Part shown: positions 57,861 through 64,000 of the stretch, one piece after another
Layout: the number at the start of each line of letters is the position of its first letter
How positions within the stretch are numbered: position 1 is the first letter of the stretch
Assembly: GCA_965248925.1 (NCBI GenBank)
Contig: CBDFLE010000006.1
Coordinates: 2,944,001-3,008,000 of the forward strand
DNA: 64,000 bases
Direction of reading: 5' to 3'
From: Candidatus Multivoradales bacterium
GTDB lineage: Bacteria; Acidobacteriota; Thermoanaerobaculia; Multivoradales; J023
Position numbers and translations under genes: made by a program
The notes under the pieces: generated by a model
What the model was told of the DNA's origin: nothing
Seen by the model: only the letters and a program-made list of their open reading frames with translations
The model's database searches: none

Positions 57861-59695
57861 TTAGGCAATCTTCAAGCGCTCGGCCAGGCGCTGAGGGATG
57901 AAGAAGTGATTGACGCTGATCGCCGGGTTGTGGCCTTGCCCTGGCCGGTTGGGGTAGATCGTGCGACTGCGCGAGGAGTAAGTGTCCGTGCGCACGTAGC
58001 CGGCGCGCTCGGCGCACTCGCTCCAGCTGGCTAGTAGTGGTTGGCCGAAGCGTGGCAGAGGTGCCGGATCGGCCGGCCGCAGACCCTGTCCTGATTTCTC
58101 GTGCACGTACTTGAATCCAGCGTGGTAGGTGTTCCAGGCGGTGGCCAGCAGATCGTCCACCGACAATGCGCTCTCTTCAGTAAACAGCAACACCAGCCCG
58201 GCTTCGGCGTAGCGGCGAAATATCTCCACCATGCGTGTGTCGGTCTGCTCACGCACCTCGTGGAAGCCGTTGCCGACCATCATCACCGCCCCCTCGGGGT
58301 CGAGATCGAGCTGCGCCAACGCCTCTACCAGCAACTCGGGCTGGCCGATGTCGGCCTGCCGCACAAAGGCCATATTGCGGGGTAGGCGGCCGGCGTGCTG
58401 CAACTCTTCACAGGCATCGATGGCGGCGTCTTCGAGATCGGCGCCGACATAGCGCAGGCCCTCTTCACCGGAGCGTGCGAACCGTTGGCGGGTCGCCTCG
58501 CCGCGGCCGATGGCGTGTTCGATGTAGACCCGGTAGCGGAAGCCGGTGTCGGCACAAAAGGCGTCAAGGGCATCGTTGGCGCGTTCGAAAGTGTGCCGAT
58601 TGGCGTCCTGGCTGGCGACGATATTGGCGCTGCGAGTCACCCACACCGCGCCGCGGCCCTCGACCAAGATCTCCGCCAGCCGCGCCATGTAGGGATGGTA
58701 AGCCTCAATAATGCCCATCGGACCGGCGCCCCGTTCGAAAACTCGCTGGCCCACGGCGGTGGCGCGCCAGCCGCCAGCGTGCTCCTCGATCGTCGCCGCC
58801 GCCGCCAGGATGGCGATCGCCTGAAGCTAGCTTGGTGCGATCTCGGGGCCAAATGGGCGGCGTTGATCGGCGACTCGCCAAGCCAGTCTTCAGTACGCCC
58901 CGCGGCCCGCAACCCAAGGAGAACGGGTAGCAGCCGGTAGCCGAGCTCGATCTCGTCTAACTCGGCGATCCAGGTGTTTTGGCGGGCGTCGGTTCGGCGC
59001 TGGGCGGTGCGGCCGAGTTCGCTGAGCAGGGCGTCGTCGTCGGCTTCTAGGGCCTCGCCAGCAAAGGCCCGTTGCCACAGGCGCGAGACATCAGTCGGCG
59101 CCACTAAGCGCGCCGGTACGCTGCGTAGCACCTGCCGCGCCCGAGGGTGCCAGGGGGCGACGAAGCGCAGGGCTTCGTCTTGCTGCAAGTATCCTCGCGA
59201 GAGCAGGAACGACAAGTCGGCTTGTAGCTCCCGCGGCTTCACGCGCCGCCGCCTGCCAGCGACCTCGATCTCGCAGTTTGTCGGCTCGAGACGCTCGCCA
59301 GCGAGCACTTTCTCGGCCATGCCGGAAGCGCTGAAGGTGGCCAACACATGGCGTAATAGCCACAGATCTGCCGGCGCCGTGACGGCCGCGGTGCGGACAC
59401 AGACGCGGACCACCCGGGCACCGCGCTCCAGCTCCTCCAGCTCCTCGCTATCTAGGCTCTTGCTGGCCAGTTCTTCAATGCGATTCAGTGTGTCGAGAAC
59501 GCCTTGGCCCATGCCCAGCAAGTGCGGTACGCGATCGCGAAAGTGCTCGTAGACCGGCGGTTCGAGGTAGGGGTAGCCAGCGCTTGAGGTGCCGGTCGGC
59601 CCGGCCAGCACTTCGAGTAGAGGGGCGGCTAGCGGCAGGTGGCAAAATTGCTGGGCCAGCCGAGTGATGGAGCGGTTTGATGGCGAATCACTCAT
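57861..59695 (-). pseudogene. Frameshifted hypothetical gene of about 610 aa (C-terminal half possibly methyltransferase-like)
   Basis: Two overlapping ORFs; coding-like sequence switches frame at about 58825-58832. Confidence 0.65.
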
Positions 59696-59709
59696 CGAAT
59701 AGGCTGCGG

Positions 59710-60240
59710 CTAGTCGGGGCGGACACCGCTGTAGGAGCCCGCTGCTCGGAGCATGTTGCGCCAATTGGCAGGCTCGATATCAAAGCTGCGGCTGAAAAGT
59801 TCTTCGGCCCGTTGCCGGTCGCCAGCGAGGTTGTAGTAGCCGCCAACCTCGGCCAACCAATCGGCATCCCTGGGCTCTTCAGAGATCACCTTGTCGAAGG
59901 CTTGCTTCGCCGCTGGCCAGTCGCCGGATTCATGGTAGGCCCGACCGATGCGCACCAGATCGCTGGCGTCGCCGGCTGCCGCCACCTCGGCGAGCAGAGC
60001 TCTACCTTCCTCTGGGTGGCCGCCGAGCAGCAGCACCCGACCAATGGCAATTTTCTCCCAGGACTCCGCCTTCACGGATTCGCGAGCCTGCGCCACCAGG
60101 GCGGCCATGGCATCGCCGGTGCTCTGGCCGATATAGAGGGCCGGGTCAATGGGCTGCTGTTTCTCTTTCTTCGCCTCGGCAGAGCCGCTGAGCATCAGGG
60201 CTAGCAGGCAGGTGAGGAAGATCGTGGGTAAGCGTCGCAT
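59710..60240 (-). CDS. Exported TPR protein
   Basis: GGAG RBS; signal peptide; TPR helices. Confidence 0.82.
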   Translation of the reverse strand: MRRLPTIFLTCLLALMLSGSAEAKKEKQQPIDPALYIGQSTGDAMAALVAQARESVKAESWEKIAIGRVLLLGGHPEEGRALLAEVAAAGDASDLVRIGRAYHESGDWPAAKQAFDKVISEEPRDADWLAEVGGYYNLAGDRQRAEELFSRSFDIEPANWRNMLRAAGSYSGVRPD

Positions 60241-60411
60241 ATCGATTGTCTCCAGCAATTATTCCGCGCAAGTAGATCCGTCGCCCAGGGCGATAGGCAA
60301 TCATACCGGCTGCAGGTTCTCTTGTTGGAGCGCATTTCGCATTATCAACAGGGCTAGCAGATCAGTCAGTTGTGGTTACAGCCACGGTCAATGCGGTGGC
60401 CGCTGCGAGTG

Positions 60412-60484
60412 CCGTGTGGGTGCCGTGTGGGTGCCACCCTCATCGGACCCGTGTGGGTGCCGTGTGGGCGCCACCCTCATCGGA
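60412..60484. repeat. Tandem 36-bp direct repeat (2 copies, 1 mismatch) with internal 11-bp units
   Basis: CCGTGTGGGTGCCGTGTGGG(T/C)GCCACCCTCATCGGA at 60412-60447 and 60449-60484. Confidence 0.85.
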
Positions 60485-60604
60485 ACAGCGGGGGGTTCGC
60501 GGCGGATAGTCGCCGTCCGAGCGTTGTTGGCTCGGACGACGACCCTTTTCGCGGGCTGGGCTCGGCGGCGCGCGGCTTGGCCCGCGGTCGAGCCGCTAGT
60601 AACT

Positions 60605-60793
60605 CTAGAGGGTGTTGGTCACACCGCTGATCGAGCGCACCTCGTCAGCGATCACCAGGATCTCGTCGAGACTGGGCTCGTCGCCCAGGGCCTGGGCAAC
60701 GCCCTCTTCAAACACCAAGATCACCAGGTCGGGATTCTTTTCCTTGCCGCGCCGGCCGAGCTCTTCGGCGTGAGCGAGCAACTTGCCCACCAC
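60605..60793 (-). CDS. Small hypothetical protein or gene remnant
   Basis: 62 aa, protein-like composition, AGGAG upstream. Confidence 0.45.
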   Translation of the reverse strand: MVGKLLAHAEELGRRGKEKNPDLVILVFEEGVAQALGDEPSLDEILVIADEVRSISGVTNTL

Positions 60794-60954
60794 GTCGCTG
60801 GCGTTGCTCCTTTCTGATTTCGGTTGATGGCAAGCCCTCCCGGATCCCCAATTGAATTAGCGCGCTATGGGAGGGAACGTGCAGGCAAACCGAAATGAGG
60901 CTCAATTGGATTGAGACGATCGCGACAGGTCGCGCTCGCTGACTCCGATCAGTG

Positions 60955-61758
60955 CTACTGGCTGCTGTCAGAGTCGCTGAGCCAGTTCCTCAGCCGGCTG
61001 AGGAAGTCATTGTGGCAAGCTCGTTCCAGCCATGGGTAGTGCCCGGCGTGGCGCCACTCGTAGTATTCGAGTTGCGGTAAGAAAGGCCGCAGGCTGGCCT
61101 GGATCAGCCGGCCGGGGTGGGGGTCGACAGCACCGTGCAACATCAGCACTGGTGAGCGAATAGCGGCGAAGGCGGCCGGGTAGACACCCTCTGCTTGCAG
61201 CCGCAGCATATCTTGCCAGCTTTCTTGATGACCCCGAGCATCGCAGGGCAGCAGCTCCAGATCGCTACTGATCAGATCGTGGGAGAAGGCCGGCAGGAAT
61301 AGCTCACCGCTGGCCGCCAGGCGCTGGTCGGGGTCTGGGATCGTCTCGCTCAGGCGCTCCAAGCGTTGTCGCAAGGGCTCGTCGATACGCGCCTCCAGGG
61401 TGTCTCGCAGCTGCGCCCGGGCTTGCGGATCGAAGGTGCCGCAGCCCACCAGCACGAGGCGACCCATCTGAGCCGGATGAGCCGCGGCGTAGGCCAGGGC
61501 CAGCATCGCGCCCCAGGAAGATCCGACCAACGCTGGCGCTTCGGCCGAGCGCAGGGAGCACAGCTGAGAGTGCAGGTCGGCAACGTGCCCGGCGACAGTC
61601 AGCGGCTGGTCCGGGGCGCTACGTCGCTCGAGAGTCTCTAGCACCCGGAAGGAACTGGCCAGCTGGCGTGCCAGCGGCGCCATGCTGCCCGGCGCGGCGG
61701 GTCCGCCGTGTAGCAAGACGACCCAGGGACCGCGCTGACCATAGTGTCGAGCCTGCAT
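60955..61758 (-). CDS. Alpha/beta hydrolase
   Basis: LLHGGP, GSSWG nucleophile elbow, HGAVD, AGHYPWLE. Confidence 0.92.
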   Translation of the reverse strand: MQARHYGQRGPWVVLLHGGPAAPGSMAPLARQLASSFRVLETLERRSAPDQPLTVAGHVADLHSQLCSLRSAEAPALVGSSWGAMLALAYAAAHPAQMGRLVLVGCGTFDPQARAQLRDTLEARIDEPLRQRLERLSETIPDPDQRLAASGELFLPAFSHDLISSDLELLPCDARGHQESWQDMLRLQAEGVYPAAFAAIRSPVLMLHGAVDPHPGRLIQASLRPFLPQLEYYEWRHAGHYPWLERACHNDFLSRLRNWLSDSDSSQ

Positions 61759-61769
61759 GTCGAGAGCGG

Positions 61770-62915
61770 TTAGGGGTGGCCGCTGCCCGCTTCACCGCCG
61801 CCGCGGGCGGTGACCAGGTACATGGCAAAGCTGCCCAGCCAATGGCCACCTTCATAGTGGGCACCAGTGACTGCCGCCAGCCCGGCCGCGCGGTGGGCCT
61901 TGGCCGCGGCGCGCAATGCGGTGCTCCGAGGGTCCCCCTCGGGCAGGCCGGCAACGATGCCTTCCAACATCCAGGCGCGACTCAGATTGAGACCGTCGAG
62001 ATGGGCCAGCTTGGGATCGCCAGGGTCGCTGACCACCGCCGGCTCGAGCCAATCAATGCCACCGGTGAGCGGAATCTGTGGCAAGAAGGCACCCAGCCAA
62101 GCAGCAAAAGCGGTTGTTGGCAATACCCGGCGCAGTAGATCAGCCTCGGCCAGGCAGGGTGAGAGGAAGTCATGCCCAGAGGGCTCATAGGCCAGCGGGC
62201 ACCGCTGGTCGGCGCCATAGAGTTCGCGGCTGCGACGCTCGATCAGCTGGACCATCGATGGGTCGCCTGCGACTCGCGCCCAGTCGAGGATCAAGCCAAA
62301 GGCGAAGCCGGTCTGCGAGTGCTCGCCAACGCGAATCGGGTGGGTAAGCTTGGGAATCCAGTTTGCCAGGCGCTGGGCGGCCAGCTGTTCGAGGGGTTCG
62401 AGGGCCGCCACCCAGCGCCGCGCTTGGGGGTCGTCCCACTGGCGCAACTCGGTGGCTAGTTGCAACAGCCAAGCGAGGCCGTAGGGGCGCTCGAACGACA
62501 CCCGGCCGGCACCTTCGAGATAGCGCACTTCGCCGCTGATCTGCTGTGGGCTGAGACTGGCGGCCAAGGCAAGGCGGGCGCGACCGGCGATCTCGGTGGC
62601 AGGGAAACGGCGCGCCAATCGGGCCAGTAACCAATGGCCGTGAACTGACGAATGCCAGTCGTAGCAACCGAAGAATGCCGGGGTCAGCTGTTGCGGAGTA
62701 AGGGCATCCTCACCGTCTTGCAGCACATGGGAGATCTTGTTCGGGTACTGGCGGTGAACGCAGTCGAGCGCCAGATTTCCGAAGCGCTCGGCGAGCTTCT
62801 GCTCGCGGCTCTGGGCAGCCACGGGATTGGCGGCCAGCAATAGCAGGCCCAATAGCGAAGCGATGGGTAGGCAGGGCCTGCGAGCGCTGGTCAAGAACTG
62901 GGCCTTCAACGACAC
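61770..62915 (-). CDS. DUF2891 family exported protein
   Basis: PAFFGCYDWHSSVHGHW, FERPYGLAW, HLDGLNLSRAW, YEGGHWL. Confidence 0.88.
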   Translation of the reverse strand: MSLKAQFLTSARRPCLPIASLLGLLLLAANPVAAQSREQKLAERFGNLALDCVHRQYPNKISHVLQDGEDALTPQQLTPAFFGCYDWHSSVHGHWLLARLARRFPATEIAGRARLALAASLSPQQISGEVRYLEGAGRVSFERPYGLAWLLQLATELRQWDDPQARRWVAALEPLEQLAAQRLANWIPKLTHPIRVGEHSQTGFAFGLILDWARVAGDPSMVQLIERRSRELYGADQRCPLAYEPSGHDFLSPCLAEADLLRRVLPTTAFAAWLGAFLPQIPLTGGIDWLEPAVVSDPGDPKLAHLDGLNLSRAWMLEGIVAGLPEGDPRSTALRAAAKAHRAAGLAAVTGAHYEGGHWLGSFAMYLVTARGGGEAGSGHP

Positions 62916-63037
62916 GGCAAGACTCCGGTTAGGTCAACAAGGTCGAACTGAAGGCCCAGTCTAGCGTCTAGCGGGCGCTTTGCCAGCGACGGCCGCCGGT
63001 GGTGATCCATCCCTAGCACGGCCACGGCGTTGACCAA

Positions 63038-63090
63038 CTACCGGCGGGCTCACGACAGGGCGAGCCGCCGCCGTGAGCCTCTGCCGGTAG
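63038..63090. repeat. Imperfect palindrome (REP-like or terminator)
   Basis: CTACCGGCGGGCTCACG...CGTGAGCCTCTGCCGGTAG. Confidence 0.5.
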
Positions 63091-63102
63091 CTTGTAGGGC
63101 TG

Positions 63103-63507
63103 CTAGGCGCGCTTGTAAACCATCCCGAGCACTGCCCCACCGACGATGCCGCCGAGCAGACCAATGGCCCCCCAAGTCCAGCACATGTTGTAGGGCCAGT
63201 CAGCGATCACCAGCACGTTGTAGAAGTTGGGGAAGAATCCCACTAAGCCGACAAAGAAGCCGTAGGTGGCACCGCCCTTCCAACCATCTGCCCAAGAGCT
63301 ACGGGTTTTAGCGAAAAGAATGGCGATAGCAAGCCACAGGCATAAAGAGATGGCGAAGAAGTAGGCCGGATTGACTTGCTCTTGTGAGAAGACCTCGGGA
63401 AGACCCTGGTAGGTCTCGGCCATGACAACGCCATGGGCTACGAAATCAAAGAGGTTGCCGACAATACCGGCGGCGACGCCCGACAAGACGATTTTCGTCC
63501 AGTTCAT
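63103..63507 (-). CDS. Four-TM membrane protein
   Basis: AGGAGG RBS; four hydrophobic helices. Confidence 0.8.
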   Translation of the reverse strand: MNWTKIVLSGVAAGIVGNLFDFVAHGVVMAETYQGLPEVFSQEQVNPAYFFAISLCLWLAIAILFAKTRSSWADGWKGGATYGFFVGLVGFFPNFYNVLVIADWPYNMCWTWGAIGLLGGIVGGAVLGMVYKRA

Positions 63508-63624
63508 ACAGACCTCCTGGGTAGTTCCCAATCACTGTTTGCGAATGCGTGGCGCCATCCTAGCCTGTGGCGAAGTCAAGCTCAAACACGGGCCCGCGCA
63601 ATCCATCGGCGGTATTTGGCTGCC

Positions 63625-64000
63625 TCAGCTCTCCTGCTCGACGCAGATCTGCTCGGCCTCTTCCGGCGCCAGCGGTAACCGCAGCAGTCGGCAGCGATGG
63701 GGTTCGCCGTCCGGGTCGTCGGCGGCAAAATGACGGCAGGTCCGGCAGAGGCCAAAGGGTCGACCGCCGTTTGCGGCCAGGTGTCGGGTCAGGATCCGCC
63801 GCAGGGCAGTCTCCAGCGAAGCTCGATCTTGCGCACCGGCTGCGCCGATCGAGGCACCGATGTGGGTCAGCGGGTCTTCGCGCAGCAGCTCCTGGCCCGC
63901 GGCGGTTAGCTCCAACTCGATCGAGCGCTTGTCCGCCGCCAGCGGCTGTTTGCGCACCCAGCCTTTGCGCTGCAATGCCATCAAGGTCTGCGACACTGTG
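63625..64000 (-). CDS. MarR family regulator with Cys-rich C-terminus (5' end outside the window)
   Basis: TVSQTLMALQRKGWV...DKRSIELELTAAG; CRTCRHF...HRC...C. Confidence 0.85.
   Translation of the reverse strand, partial: TVSQTLMALQRKGWVRKQPLAADKRSIELELTAAGQELLREDPLTHIGASIGAAGAQDRASLETALRRILTRHLAANGGRPFGLCRTCRHFAADDPDGEPHRCRLLRLPLAPEEAEQICVEQES

Noticed and set aside
60325-60350. Fur-box-like sequence upstream of the TPR gene
   Set aside because: Only one half-site (GATAATG on the - strand) matches; too weak to call.
60412-60484. Mini CRISPR array of 36-bp repeats
   Set aside because: Only one base separates the two copies, so there is no spacer.
60490-60800. Integron cassette (attC plus small ORF)
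   Set aside because: No properly paired RYYYAAC/GTTRRRY boxes and no integron integrase nearby.

Overview
High-GC bacterial window, most likely Acidobacteriota (inferred from an ADOP-type duplicated ABC permease and the amidase-GerMN-rph cluster; no database search possible). It has three parts. (1) 1-14.8 kb: right arm of a prophage with a Mu-like head module (I/Z protease-scaffold, cement, gpT capsid, gp36, gpG) and a sheath-less tail module. It ends at a 45-bp copy of the 3' half of tRNA-Arg(CCG), a likely att site, which points to site-specific integration rather than Mu-type transposition. (2) 14.8-17.9 kb: a truncated IS21-family element and a secreted protein with a C-terminal papain-like Cys/His domain. 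(3) 18-64 kb: host genes, including oxidoreductases, a hybrid PAS kinase, a transglutaminase-like protein, a TonB receptor with a sigma-54-like promoter, tRNA-Glu(CTC), amidase-GerMN-rph, a kynureninase-like enzyme, mpl, ftcD, cmk, an ECF sigma / anti-sigma-vWA fusion / 1071-aa membrane protein operon, one intact and one decayed VapBC module, and several gene remnants. Best novelty leads: the tRNA-integrated Mu-head/sipho-tail prophage with a split tape measure, the ECF-vWA operon, a candidate + strand structured small RNA at about 28.25-28.39 kb, and the papain-fold secreted protein. All product calls come from motif recognition by eye.
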